Below are positions 17,969-27,287 of a DNA stretch of 37,635 nucleotides, one piece after another. The stretch lies in the IMG/VR virus record IMGVR_UViG_3300026266_000007, positions 1 to 37,635 of that record, one strand, 5' to 3'. Made by a program: the position numbers and the translations under genes. The stretch's first letter is position 1. Every line of letters starts with the position of its first letter. Source of the DNA: a virus (taxonomy: Duplodnaviria; Caudoviricetes). The notes under the pieces are model-generated. The model did not search any database. It was not told where the DNA came from and saw nothing but the letters and a program-made list of their open reading frames with translations.

Positions 17969-19858
17969 ATGACTTTAGTACCTTTAGATATACCATCTGG
18001 ATTTTACAGAATAGGCACAGACTATGAGCAATCTGGCAGATGGCGTGAAGGTAGTTTAGTTAGATGGTTAGACGGTTCGTTGCGTCCTATTGGTGGTTGG
18101 CAAGATAGAAAGCAAGATTTTGCCTTACAGCCAATAAGAGGTATGCACGCTTGGGAAGCTCTTAACCAAAGTACATGGCTTGCCGGAGGCTCTCACAATG
18201 CTTTAATTGCCATGACGGGTGGCGGTTTATGTTACGACATTACTCCACAAAACTTGGCAACTGGACGTAAAGATGCGGCTGTATCGGCAGGGTATGGTAA
18301 AGGATCTTATGGCGTAGGTTTCTGGGGAACGCCAAGACAACAACTTTCCAATGCTATTCCTGATCCTGCTACATTTTGGACTTTAGATAATTTTGGCGAA
18401 TTAATGGTGGGTTGCCATTATGACGACGGTAGACTTGTTGAGTGGGGTCTAGGTATTTCTAGCGGTGCTGAACTAATAACAAATAATAGTTTTGCTGTTG
18501 GCACTGGCTGGACCCTTGGCACTGGCTGGGCAATTAGTGCTGGCGATGCTAAATGGACAGGCACAACGGCTGCAAATTTAGAGCAAAATATAACCGGTTT
18601 AACAAACGGTGCTAAATATCATTTTACAATAAATGTAACGGACCCTGACGCTGATGGCGATGCGTCAACAATACCGTCATTAAAAATTAAAGTTTTAGGC
18701 ACAACCACAACGACAGTCTTACTCGATGAAACTTTACCCATTGGAAATAGTTTCTATAGGTTCGACACAGATGATACTGGCATTACGATACAAATTTACC
18801 CTGCAAGTAATGCAGAGCAAAATGTAAATGTAACTGAAACATCTCTTAAACTAGCCACAGTAGCCACACCAATAACTAACGCACCGACTAGTAATTTAGG
18901 TTTAGTTGTAACAGAAGAACGGTTTATATTTGCTCTGGGGGCTGGCGGTAATTCTCGTAAAGTTCAATGGTGCTCATTTGAAGATAGAAATCTGTGGACG
19001 CCGGCAAGCACTAACCAAGCTGGAGACACGGAGCTGCAAACATCTGGGCAAATTATGCAAGGCATAAGAACCAGAGGCCAAGTTTTTATCATTACTGACG
19101 TAGACGCCTTTAGAGCCGTATATTCGGGCCCACCCGATATTTACCGGTTTGAAAGGGTTGGCACATCTTGCGGAACTGTAACCAGCCGTGGAGCTGTAGA
19201 CACAGACCGTGGCGTTTTCTTTATTGGGCAAGAAAATTTCTTTTTATTCGACGGTAACAGTGTCAACACAATTAAGTGTGACGTTCACGATTATATATTT
19301 GGCGATATTAACACTTCTCAGCAATCCAAAATTTGGGGCATGGGAGTGCCTCAGTACGGTGAGATATGGTGGTTTTATCCTTCAGCTAATAGCACAGATA
19401 TAGATCGTTACGTAGCTTACGACTACAACGAAAACCATTGGATGATTGGTGAGCTTTCAAGAACTTCAGGCGTGCAACGTGGCGTATTTAGATACCCATT
19501 TATGGCAGATTATGACGGCACACACGCAAACATAAAAGAACACGAAGTCGGATACAACGTGGATAACGGTGCTATTTTTGCGGAAACGGGCCCAATATCT
19601 ATTGGTAATGGTGACCAGATAGCTAAAGTTTCATCTGTTATTCCTGACGAAGTCACGCAGGGCGACGTAAATATGACGTTTAAAACACGTTTTCACCCTA
19701 ACGACACGGAAACATCACACGGGCCCTTTACGCCAGCCAACCCTACAGACGCTAGGTTCAGTGGCAGACAGTTACGCATGAGGGTGCAAGGTGTAAAGCC
19801 AGCTAATTGGCGTGTAGGAGTTATGAGATTACAAACAACAGCCGGAGGAAATAGATAA
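17969..19858 (+). CDS. Tail hub/DNA stabilisation protein (P22 gp10-like beta-propeller) with an apparent inserted domain
   Basis: LVRW..GSLRPIGGW, WTLDNFGE, VQWCSFED..WTPASTNQAG, GEIWWFYPS, RFSGRQLRMR. Confidence 0.8.
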   Translation: MTLVPLDIPSGFYRIGTDYEQSGRWREGSLVRWLDGSLRPIGGWQDRKQDFALQPIRGMHAWEALNQSTWLAGGSHNALIAMTGGGLCYDITPQNLATGRKDAAVSAGYGKGSYGVGFWGTPRQQLSNAIPDPATFWTLDNFGELMVGCHYDDGRLVEWGLGISSGAELITNNSFAVGTGWTLGTGWAISAGDAKWTGTTAANLEQNITGLTNGAKYHFTINVTDPDADGDASTIPSLKIKVLGTTTTTVLLDETLPIGNSFYRFDTDDTGITIQIYPASNAEQNVNVTETSLKLATVATPITNAPTSNLGLVVTEERFIFALGAGGNSRKVQWCSFEDRNLWTPASTNQAGDTELQTSGQIMQGIRTRGQVFIITDVDAFRAVYSGPPDIYRFERVGTSCGTVTSRGAVDTDRGVFFIGQENFFLFDGNSVNTIKCDVHDYIFGDINTSQQSKIWGMGVPQYGEIWWFYPSANSTDIDRYVAYDYNENHWMIGELSRTSGVQRGVFRYPFMADYDGTHANIKEHEVGYNVDNGAIFAETGPISIGNGDQIAKVSSVIPDEVTQGDVNMTFKTRFHPNDTETSHGPFTPANPTDARFSGRQLRMRVQGVKPANWRVGVMRLQTTAGGNR

Positions 19859-20208
19859 TGCCGGTTCCTATTCTTCCTATTATTGGCCCAGATATTACGC
19901 AATGGGGTAGGCAGATAAATAATTATTTGCAAAGAAATTTAGGTAAGTTGTATTTTAAAACGCCTGAAGATAACCCGTCCGAAGATGGAGTTGTCCTCTG
20001 GGATAAGACTAAAAAATATGCTGTTGTGTCCAGCGGTAATGCATTTAGACAGTTGGCAACTAAACAAGCTGTGCCCAGCGCCAATACTGGGGCCGCTGGG
20101 GATGTAGCTGGCATGATAAGCTGGGATACTAATTACATATATATATGCACTGCCGATCACGACGGATCGACTGCAATTTGGAAAAGAGTAGCATTAGCTA
20201 CATGGTAG
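19858..20208 (+). CDS. Small tail-associated protein
   Basis: C-terminal G..GMISWDTNYIYIC...WKRVALATW motif. Confidence 0.75.
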   Translation: MPVPILPIIGPDITQWGRQINNYLQRNLGKLYFKTPEDNPSEDGVVLWDKTKKYAVVSSGNAFRQLATKQAVPSANTGAAGDVAGMISWDTNYIYICTADHDGSTAIWKRVALATW

Positions 20209-20217
20209 GCTCGACGA

Positions 20218-20664
20218 ATGATTGATAATGTTGTAGAATTTGTATCAAAGCCAAAGATTAGGGTTGAGCCGGTAGTTGATAATATCGATGATATTTTGCC
20301 TAAGGTTATAAATATCTTGAAGCCGGCTATAGATAATAACAATCGTAACGCATCACTAGATGATGTTGTGGGCGACATAATAAGCAATCAGTCTCTTATG
20401 TGGGCTGTATACATCGAGGACACGTTAGCGGCGGCATTTACAACCAGCGTCGTGAAGCACCCTCAAAGACGCACACTTTTTATAGAGTTTATGGGTGGAG
20501 TAGAAATGAACGTTTGGATGAGGGCAGCTTTAAATGTGCTAAAACTTTTAGCAAAGGAAGCTGAATTATCCGGTATTGAGGCTGACGGACGTATCGGCTT
20601 CTCAAAATTTGCAGAAAGTGTGGGCTTTAAAGAAACCTACAGACACTATGAGATGGAGATTTAG
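20218..20664 (+). CDS. GNAT-fold-like protein preceding the ejection genes
   Basis: FMGG...W...LAKE...IEADGRIGF pattern; gene position. Confidence 0.6.
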   Translation: MIDNVVEFVSKPKIRVEPVVDNIDDILPKVINILKPAIDNNNRNASLDDVVGDIISNQSLMWAVYIEDTLAAAFTTSVVKHPQRRTLFIEFMGGVEMNVWMRAALNVLKLLAKEAELSGIEADGRIGFSKFAESVGFKETYRHYEMEI

Positions 20665-20666
20665 TC

Positions 20667-21548
20667 GTGGGCAAGAAGACAACAACGAAGGAAATGCCTC
20701 AGTTCCAAGAGGATTTATTTGTAAATACAATTATTCCTTTTGCAGATAAAATAAAAAATACTGAATTTGAAACTTACTCTGGTGATAGAGTTGCAGGGTT
20801 GTCTGGGTTAGAAAGGCAAGCAATGGGGGGCTACGGAGCCCTAACGCTTCCTTCTGAGATACAACAAGCCTCTGACATATTTGGAGACATGGCTAACAGG
20901 ACGCCGGCCCAAAGAGCCGCTGACATACAAGAATACACAAATCAGTTTACAGATAATGTCGTAGACCCAACTATAAATCGTATGCTTAGAGAAAGGGATC
21001 AGGCTCGTGTAGGTGAAGACGCTGACATGATTAGACGTAAAAGTTTTGGTGGAGCTAGACGCGATCTTTATGAAGGTGAGCGTCAGGGCGCTTTTGAAGC
21101 TAACATGGGGCAAACTATCGGCGATTTACAATCACAAGGTTACTTAGGGGCTGTGCAACGAGCAAACGCTGAAGATATGTCAAGAATGAACGCTGCCAAG
21201 TCTATGCTTGGCGCTGGCATAACAGGCTTAGGGGCTCAGACGGATATACTTGGCAAACAACTTGCGGCTGGAGGTCTTGATAGGGGAATAGCACAAGCCG
21301 GTTTAGACGCAGAATACCAAGAGTTTTTACGTCAATACGCAGACCCACTAAGAAAATTTGGAGTGCTTACAGGCGCTGCCGGCGTCATACCGGCTGGTTA
21401 CGGCACTACAACTGAAAAAGATCCTATGGCTACGGTTGGAGCTGTGCTGGGTGCAGCCGGTGGTTTAGGCATGGGCGGCATTGGCCCGTTAAGCGGTTTT
21501 GCTGGAATTAAAGGGCTAACGTCAAACCCACTGGCATTTAATAATTAG
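20667..21548 (+). CDS. DNA ejection/pilot protein (gp7-like)
   Basis: GTG start with GGAG RBS; SFGGARR motif; Gly-rich hydrophobic C-terminus. Confidence 0.7.
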   Translation: MGKKTTTKEMPQFQEDLFVNTIIPFADKIKNTEFETYSGDRVAGLSGLERQAMGGYGALTLPSEIQQASDIFGDMANRTPAQRAADIQEYTNQFTDNVVDPTINRMLRERDQARVGEDADMIRRKSFGGARRDLYEGERQGAFEANMGQTIGDLQSQGYLGAVQRANAEDMSRMNAAKSMLGAGITGLGAQTDILGKQLAAGGLDRGIAQAGLDAEYQEFLRQYADPLRKFGVLTGAAGVIPAGYGTTTEKDPMATVGAVLGAAGGLGMGGIGPLSGFAGIKGLTSNPLAFNN

Positions 21549-21557
21549 GACATAGAC

Positions 21558-22787
21558 ATGGAAGAAGCTTACAAACTAACTCAAGCAGATCTAGACGCAC
21601 TTGCGGCACAAGGAATAAATATTAATGGTATACCTGTTGGTGCTGAAGCCACATCTGAAGAGTTAGCGCTTTTAAATATAGTTCCACCTTTATCTATATC
21701 AAATAATAATGGCGGCGGTGGCGGTGGTTCTAGTGTTCCTCCTGAAGTGGTTAATGTAGAGCCTAACGTTGAGCCGCCAGCTTCATTGCAAAACACTTTT
21801 GACGCTACAGCTATGCAAAAGATTTTAAGTGATTTTCAAAAAAATCAGGCGCCGGCACAGCAAACTCTATCTAAAGACCAAAAACGTATGCTTGCATTTG
21901 CTGGTGTTAGGGACGCTGGCATGGCGTTACAGGGTAAAGAAGGAAACGCAGTAACTAGCTTAATGGGAACTTTTGAAAAGATAGCTGACCAAAATAGAAA
22001 AGCCACGGCTGCAAAGGCAAGAAATACAATGATGCAGCAAATGTTAGGTGGAGCAGGCAGTATGCTTGCTGGTTTAACAACGGCTGATGATTATAGGAAA
22101 GCTGCTCAAGAAATAATGATACAAGCTTCAGTGATGGGGGGGGAAGCTGCAACAGGGTTATATCAGACTGCGGCAATGTTTGTAACTGAAGCTAACAGGC
22201 TGCAAGGTTTAGAAAATACAGAAAGTGAACTTGGTTCAAATGTTGTAAACAGAATTGAGACTATAGACCAGTTAATTAGTAAAGTTCAAAATAATCCTAG
22301 TGTATCCGGTTGGTGGGGTATGGTTACAGGGGTTGCTCCATTTACAGACGCTGGTGAAGCTAGAATAGACTTAGACACAATTAGATCTAATATGGCATTA
22401 GACGCGCTTAAAGCTCTTAAAGCAACTGGAGCTACATTAGGTGCGGTATCAGAAAAAGAATTAATTCTTTTAGAAGCTGATATTCAAAGATTAAATTTAA
22501 ATCAATCTCAAGGAAAAAATATTAAAGATTTAGAAAAAATAAGGGAAAGATATCAAAATATGATACGAAGAGCTTTTGAGAAAACAAATAACCCACAAAA
22601 ATTAATAGAAGCTCTGGGCGGCCAAGAAAAAGTTGACTCATTTGATTGGCTTCAAGAGCCTGACCAGTATTATATCAATTTTAATGACGCACAAGTTGGC
22701 GATATTATTAGAGATGATAATGGTAAATATTTTGAATATACAGGCGGTCAAAAAAATAAAACATCTAGCTGGAAAGAAGTATTATGA
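21558..22787 (+). CDS. DNA ejection/internal virion protein
   Basis: Helical; ALKATGATLGAVSEKELILL motif; gene position. Confidence 0.7.
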   Translation: MEEAYKLTQADLDALAAQGININGIPVGAEATSEELALLNIVPPLSISNNNGGGGGGSSVPPEVVNVEPNVEPPASLQNTFDATAMQKILSDFQKNQAPAQQTLSKDQKRMLAFAGVRDAGMALQGKEGNAVTSLMGTFEKIADQNRKATAAKARNTMMQQMLGGAGSMLAGLTTADDYRKAAQEIMIQASVMGGEAATGLYQTAAMFVTEANRLQGLENTESELGSNVVNRIETIDQLISKVQNNPSVSGWWGMVTGVAPFTDAGEARIDLDTIRSNMALDALKALKATGATLGAVSEKELILLEADIQRLNLNQSQGKNIKDLEKIRERYQNMIRRAFEKTNNPQKLIEALGGQEKVDSFDWLQEPDQYYINFNDAQVGDIIRDDNGKYFEYTGGQKNKTSSWKEVL

Positions 22788-24964
22788 GTGGACCCTCTTG
22801 GACAACAGATGGCGGTTCTGGCGGTTCAGGTTCTGGACCGTCTTGGACACAACAAGAAACAGCGGAAGTTCAGGTTCCTGAGGGTTACAAACTTGTGGAA
22901 CAATATGACGATGGAAGTTACGTAGCTAGTAGTGAAGCTGATGGTGGCCTTGTATTTGTAGACCAAAAAGGTGGATATAGTACAACCGATTTAGCAACAA
23001 TTTCAGAAATTATGAAATCTGGAGAAGGAGCTAAAAGAGCTGGAGATATATCAAGAGGTGAAATATCTCAGGAAATTGCTGGAGAGTTACCTACTAGGGC
23101 AGCGTCTGCTTTTGAATATTTTCCATTTTTAAGAGAATACGTCAAAAGAGGTGGGGCGCTGGCAAGAAGTTATAATACAGGCATTCCATACGAAACAACT
23201 TTAGACACTATGCAAACCGCCATAGACAGAAGAACCCAAGAAGCCCCAATAGCTTCAAGGCTTTCCAGACTTGGGTTTGCTCTTGGCGGTGGAGCTGCAT
23301 TTGCGCCAGCTCTTACATCTACCAGTTTACTCGGACAAATGGGCCAAGGCGCTGCTATTGGAGGAATACTAGGAGGAGCTGAAAGCGCTGTTTCAGGATT
23401 ACCTAAACTAGTAAATACAGGAGACTTTAGAGATTACACCACCGGCGTAAAAGTTGGCACTGGTACGGGCGCTCTGTTTGGCGGTGGCGGTGTGCCGGTT
23501 TCAAAAGGTGTTGGGTATTTATACGGTAAATACTTACAACAACCAATCTCTGACATAATAGAAAAAATTGGTTTTAAAAAAGACGCTGGAAAAGTTGTAG
23601 AAGATTTTCTCGCAATGGATGCAGCCGACGCCGTAGAAAGCGCCAGATCGTCTGGACCATATGGATCTATATCAACACTTGGACCCAATACAGCGGCTCT
23701 GCTAGACGTTGTTGTGAACTCACCAAGTATGGGAGCTAGAATAGCTAAAGAAAATATTACAGATACATCTATAAGGGCAGCAAATGATTTAGATGATGTT
23801 TTAACTCAATTACTAGGGCCAATAAGTAGAGGTATAAAAACTCAAAAAGGTCAAATAATGTCAGACACTGCTAAAGCTAGAAGGGAGCTTTATGGAGATG
23901 CATACGATTTTTCTATTAACAACGCTGACGAAGGTGGTCAGGCTGTTATAGATTTATTTAATAGAGTTGACCCAACAGATTTAAGTGGTGCTAGAACTTT
24001 ACTTAGAGAAGCTGGTGAAGCTGTAGATTTTGAAAACCCGTCAGTTGCAACTATAGATTATGTAACAAGGCAGCTCTACAGTAAAGGTGAGGCACTACGT
24101 AGAGCTGGCGAAGACGCAGCATCACAATCTAAATTTAACTTGGCTAGACTGTTAAGAAACTCTTTAGATGAAATAAATCCTTCTTATAAAGCTGCCAGAG
24201 CCGCTGGTAAGGACGCTATAGACCAGAAACTAGCAGCTCAGTTAGGTAACGACATATTAAGCCCTAGAATAACCAGAGAAGACGTTGCTATAGCTCTTGA
24301 GACAGTTGACGAAGTAGGCTTGAAGCAACTAAGGCAAGCATTAAGAAACAGAATAGATGAAATATCTGCCAACGCCAGAATAAACCCACGGGGTGATAAC
24401 GAGCAAATAGTTATAGAAAACTTAGCAGTTTTAAAATCTCTTAACACGAGAGCTGTTAAAGAAAAGATGGCTATGGTGCTAGGCGACAGAGCTATGGAAA
24501 CTCTTTCTGGACAAATTAACAATACATCATCTGCACTTTTACAGGGCGCAATGGTTAACGCTAATTCTAAAACTGCTATTCGCGGCTTAGTAATGGAAAG
24601 AATGAAACAGATAGTAGGTCAAAATTTAAGCGAAACTATTGGTCAACAAGGCGTAACATCAACTGCCGCATCTAGCTTGTTAGATAGTGTATCTGGACCT
24701 AATCAAGCCACAAGAATACAGGAAGTGTCTTCTGAAATTGCACCTATACTGACGCAACGCATGGCCCCTGAACAATTAAGAAAGCAAGCAGAGTTAATGG
24801 AAGCACTGGTCCCAGCTATTGAAAGAGCGCGACAAGGATCTAGAGCTGCAACGTCTGGCACGCAGAAACTTGCTACTTCTATGGGTTTAAACCCAGAAAA
24901 TAAAGATAGAGATGCCAGAACCCAAATGCTATTAAATCAATTTGGGCTCGGCGCTTTTAGATAA
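22784..24964 (+). CDS. Large DNA ejection/internal virion protein (gp16-like)
   Basis: 726 aa, helical, with a Gly/Ala-rich hydrophobic segment; last gene of the structural operon. Confidence 0.7.
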   Translation: MSGPSWTTDGGSGGSGSGPSWTQQETAEVQVPEGYKLVEQYDDGSYVASSEADGGLVFVDQKGGYSTTDLATISEIMKSGEGAKRAGDISRGEISQEIAGELPTRAASAFEYFPFLREYVKRGGALARSYNTGIPYETTLDTMQTAIDRRTQEAPIASRLSRLGFALGGGAAFAPALTSTSLLGQMGQGAAIGGILGGAESAVSGLPKLVNTGDFRDYTTGVKVGTGTGALFGGGGVPVSKGVGYLYGKYLQQPISDIIEKIGFKKDAGKVVEDFLAMDAADAVESARSSGPYGSISTLGPNTAALLDVVVNSPSMGARIAKENITDTSIRAANDLDDVLTQLLGPISRGIKTQKGQIMSDTAKARRELYGDAYDFSINNADEGGQAVIDLFNRVDPTDLSGARTLLREAGEAVDFENPSVATIDYVTRQLYSKGEALRRAGEDAASQSKFNLARLLRNSLDEINPSYKAARAAGKDAIDQKLAAQLGNDILSPRITREDVAIALETVDEVGLKQLRQALRNRIDEISANARINPRGDNEQIVIENLAVLKSLNTRAVKEKMAMVLGDRAMETLSGQINNTSSALLQGAMVNANSKTAIRGLVMERMKQIVGQNLSETIGQQGVTSTAASSLLDSVSGPNQATRIQEVSSEIAPILTQRMAPEQLRKQAELMEALVPAIERARQGSRAATSGTQKLATSMGLNPENKDRDARTQMLLNQFGLGAFR

Positions 24965-25204
24965 CTAGTCCCAAGCCTCATTTACTTCCGGAGTAGAAGG
25001 GTCATCAGCTTTGAGCCGCCCGTTTTCGTCACGAGCTCTCTTTTTTTTTGTATCTTTTTTAGGCGCTTCTTCTTTTGCGCCAGACATTAAACTTTCTATC
25101 AATACAGCCGCATCTACACACTTTTGGTGAAGTGCAAATTTATTTGATATTCTATGTGGACGCTTCATAGCGTCTAAAATTTCATCTATTTGATCTTGGT
25201 TCAT
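24965..25204 (-). CDS. Hypothetical protein with C-terminal RARDENGRLKADDPSTPEVNEAW motif
   Basis: AAGGGG RBS; own promoter; stop abuts the stop of 22784-24964. Confidence 0.8.
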   Translation of the reverse strand: MNQDQIDEILDAMKRPHRISNKFALHQKCVDAAVLIESLMSGAKEEAPKKDTKKKRARDENGRLKADDPSTPEVNEAWD

Positions 25205-25231
25205 AAAGATCCCCTTTACTAAAATACCGCA

Positions 25232-25273
25232 AGTTTACGACGTATTGTGTTTAAATGCAAATACAACTACAAT
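25232..25273. promoter_or_regulatory. Overlapping divergent sigma70-like promoters: leftward TTGCAT-N17-TAAACT (25260-25232) and rightward TTGTGT-N17-TACAAT (25245-25273)
   Basis: Both have exact 17-bp spacers and TAnnnT -10 elements. Confidence 0.65.
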
Positions 25274-25279
25274 GCGTTG

Positions 25280-25355
25280 CATACAGTAGAGCGCTCTCTC
25301 CCTGTCTCTACACACTGCTCGAACTGCCCCACTTAAACGGTGGGGCATTTTTTTT
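25280..25355 (+). ncRNA. Candidate small RNA 2: hairpin with CUCUCUCCC loop plus intrinsic terminator
   Basis: Promoter immediately upstream; GTAGAG/CTCTAC stem (25286-25311); no ORF; strong terminator. Confidence 0.6.
25325..25355 (+). terminator. Rho-independent terminator
   Basis: TGCCCCAC-TTAAACG-GTGGGGCA followed by T8. Confidence 0.9.
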
Positions 25356-25356
25356 C

Positions 25357-25388
25357 TTGTGTTTATTTTAAGCTAACACTAAGTTAAC
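25357..25388 (+). promoter_or_regulatory. Promoter TTGTGT-N17-TAAGTT overlapped by a GCTAAC-N5-GTTAAC box (25372-25388)
   Basis: Same architecture and same -10 as the 28492-28523 promoter. Confidence 0.65.
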
Positions 25389-25413
25389 CACATAAACAAA
25401 TCAGGAGAGAGAT

Positions 25414-25569
25414 ATGAATGAAGAAATAGAAATAATTCTTAAAAGGCTAGAGCGTAAAATAGAAATTGTCAGGGACGATCAAAAACGCACCGGCAGTCCT
25501 AACGTACACCATAGCAGTGAAATGCTAACATTAGTGGCAATGCTGAGGAGAAAACTAGATGGCAAATAG
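25414..25569 (+). CDS. Small hypothetical protein (51 aa, MNEEIEIILKRLERKIEIV...LRRKLDGK)
   Basis: Read by eye; AGGAGAGAG RBS; overlaps the next gene. Confidence 0.8.
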   Translation: MNEEIEIILKRLERKIEIVRDDQKRTGSPNVHHSSEMLTLVAMLRRKLDGK

Positions 25570-25855
25570 GTTAACAACTGAGCAATTTGAATATGCTTAT
25601 CGCAGGGCTTGGGAAGACTTACGTAAAAAAGAACGCAAAGATAAAAGAGAAAAGCGTAACTCGTACCAGCCAAACAAAGCTCTCAAAGATTTAAATGTAG
25701 AAGAACCAGAAGTAATATTAGAGCTTTCAGAAAAAGCCGAAAAAGTTAATCTACTTTTAAAAAAGGGCCTCACACCAAAAGAGTGTGGTCAGGTGCTAGG
25801 TTGTTCTAGGCAGGCAGTAGTACAAGTAAAAAACAGATACGGGTTACCTCGGTAA
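25559..25855 (+). CDS. Helix-turn-helix DNA-binding protein
   Basis: GLTPKECGQVLGCSRQAVVQVKNRYGL C-terminal HTH; GAGGAG RBS. Confidence 0.75.
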   Translation: MANRLTTEQFEYAYRRAWEDLRKKERKDKREKRNSYQPNKALKDLNVEEPEVILELSEKAEKVNLLLKKGLTPKECGQVLGCSRQAVVQVKNRYGLPR

Positions 25856-25860
25856 TTCGT

Positions 25861-25915
25861 GCGGCGGCGCTTTATGTGTTACAATACACCCAGAGTATTA
25901 CAACGGCGCCGCCGC
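25861..25915. repeat. 10-bp GC-rich inverted repeat enclosing a 35-nt AT-rich segment
   Basis: GCGGCGGCGC (25861-25870) / GCGCCGCCGC (25906-25915). Confidence 0.8.
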
Positions 25916-25949
25916 GAACTTCTATCTAACAGAAAGAGTAGTTGAAACA

Positions 25950-26168
25950 ATGGAATATATTACTGGACTTTTTATTTATTACGTCGTGGCAAATACAAAT
26001 GTTTTTACTATTATTTGGTACGAAAGCGAAAAGAAATGTTTGGAGGCAATGATAGATCAAGCGCCTCTGTACATAAGTTTAGAGGCAGAGGCGATGCTCT
26101 GCAAAAAATCGGACAAAGTAAGTAAGGGAATACCTAGGCCGAAGATACGGCCTGAGGCAGATACCTAG
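25950..26168 (+). CDS. Hypothetical protein (72 aa)
   Basis: Hydrophobic N-terminus, two Cys, PRPKIRP tail; stop overlaps the endolysin stop (CTAG). Confidence 0.7.
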   Translation: MEYITGLFIYYVVANTNVFTIIWYESEKKCLEAMIDQAPLYISLEAEAMLCKKSDKVSKGIPRPKIRPEADT

Positions 26169-26638
26169 TCTATTTTCTCAAAATGAGGGCCGTCTAAAAA
26201 TGGGCGTCTTGAGGCGCTTCTTCTTAGGTCTATGTATGCATTCATAGCCTCTTCCATTGTGCCTTCCCATTTACGAATATCCATTGGGTATTTGGCCTGA
26301 GGAGTACCCCATGCAGCTCCCCAGCAAATAGGAACGCCTATCTGTATGGCCGCATCTCGCATGGCGTCAGCTATGTCGTCATAGACATTTAGCTCCCAGC
26401 AAGCGCGTCCGTTGACGTATGCCATAAGATCGACGGCCTTACCCTCTAAGTGTTTAGATTTTAGAGTTTGGCTTGCGCCGGAGGCTACCAGTTCTTTTTG
26501 CTGTTCAAGAGTTCTCATACCTTGGATAACTCCAAAATCTACTTTTGATAATGTGATAGCCATTTTAACGACGGCCTGTAGATCCTCATCTACACCTTCC
26601 AGCCTGTCTAGGCTGCGTCTGCTTAGTTTAAATGTCAT
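26165..26638 (-). CDS. Endolysin, M15-family L-Ala-D-Glu peptidase
   Basis: GMRTLEQQ, SKHLEGKAVD, WGAAW, DGPHFE zinc-peptidase motifs. Confidence 0.92.
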   Translation of the reverse strand: MTFKLSRRSLDRLEGVDEDLQAVVKMAITLSKVDFGVIQGMRTLEQQKELVASGASQTLKSKHLEGKAVDLMAYVNGRACWELNVYDDIADAMRDAAIQIGVPICWGAAWGTPQAKYPMDIRKWEGTMEEAMNAYIDLRRSASRRPFLDGPHFEKID

Positions 26639-26976
26639 TTCTTAAATCCTTTCATTGTACGTATTCCAAAACTCGCGGCGATTGAGGCATACATGGCCCA
26701 ACTAAACCACTGGGGTGCAGCCTGTAAATTTTCAAAGCCCTGCTTCATATATGGCTGTAGCCAAGGCACGAAGCTTCCTAGCACAATTGCGATAAAACAA
26801 AGCGTCCAAGCTTCGTCCTTCCAACTGTCAGCGCTGGCCTCTATTGCAGCTTGCTCCCAAGAGATCTCGCCGGTAGCGATTTTCATTTTTGTCTCAGCTT
26901 CAGCAGCTTTGACCTTTGCTTTACTGTCAATAAATGTTGTAGCTAAGTTTGCTACGCTGGATAGTATTCCTATCAT
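26635..26976 (-). CDS. Putative holin (3TM type)
   Basis: SWKDEAW motif, hydrophobic segments, ASFGIR and basic C-terminus; adjacent to endolysin. Confidence 0.75.
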   Translation of the reverse strand: MIGILSSVANLATTFIDSKAKVKAAEAETKMKIATGEISWEQAAIEASADSWKDEAWTLCFIAIVLGSFVPWLQPYMKQGFENLQAAPQWFSWAMYASIAASFGIRTMKGFKK

Positions 26977-27287
26977 TTTCTATTCCCCATGTTTGTGAAG
27001 CCAAAATAAGCCCCGACTAGAGCTGATACACTTACAATATATATGTTTGCAATGTCAGCAATCAATTCAGCGGCTGTATCGTAGCCAGCTATGGACGCTG
27101 CAACGATGCCAAGCGGATAGAAAATGAGGCCACTGATAGCCACCCACGTCATTTTTAACTGCGCGTTGCGCTTGTGGTCCATGTCTTCAATTTCTCTTTT
27201 TTTGTTGTCTAACAACAATTCTCGCTCGTCGGGGTCAATTTTTCCGTTGCCATTGAGGTCCCAAGCTTCCATTTCTTCCTTGTTCAT
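26973..27287 (-). CDS. Membrane protein with EF-hand-like N-terminus and two TM segments (holin/antiholin-like)
   Basis: DLNGNGKIDPDE loop; TM segments; VGAYFG. Confidence 0.7.
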   Translation of the reverse strand: MNKEEMEAWDLNGNGKIDPDERELLLDNKKREIEDMDHKRNAQLKMTWVAISGLIFYPLGIVAASIAGYDTAAELIADIANIYIVSVSALVGAYFGFTNMGNRK

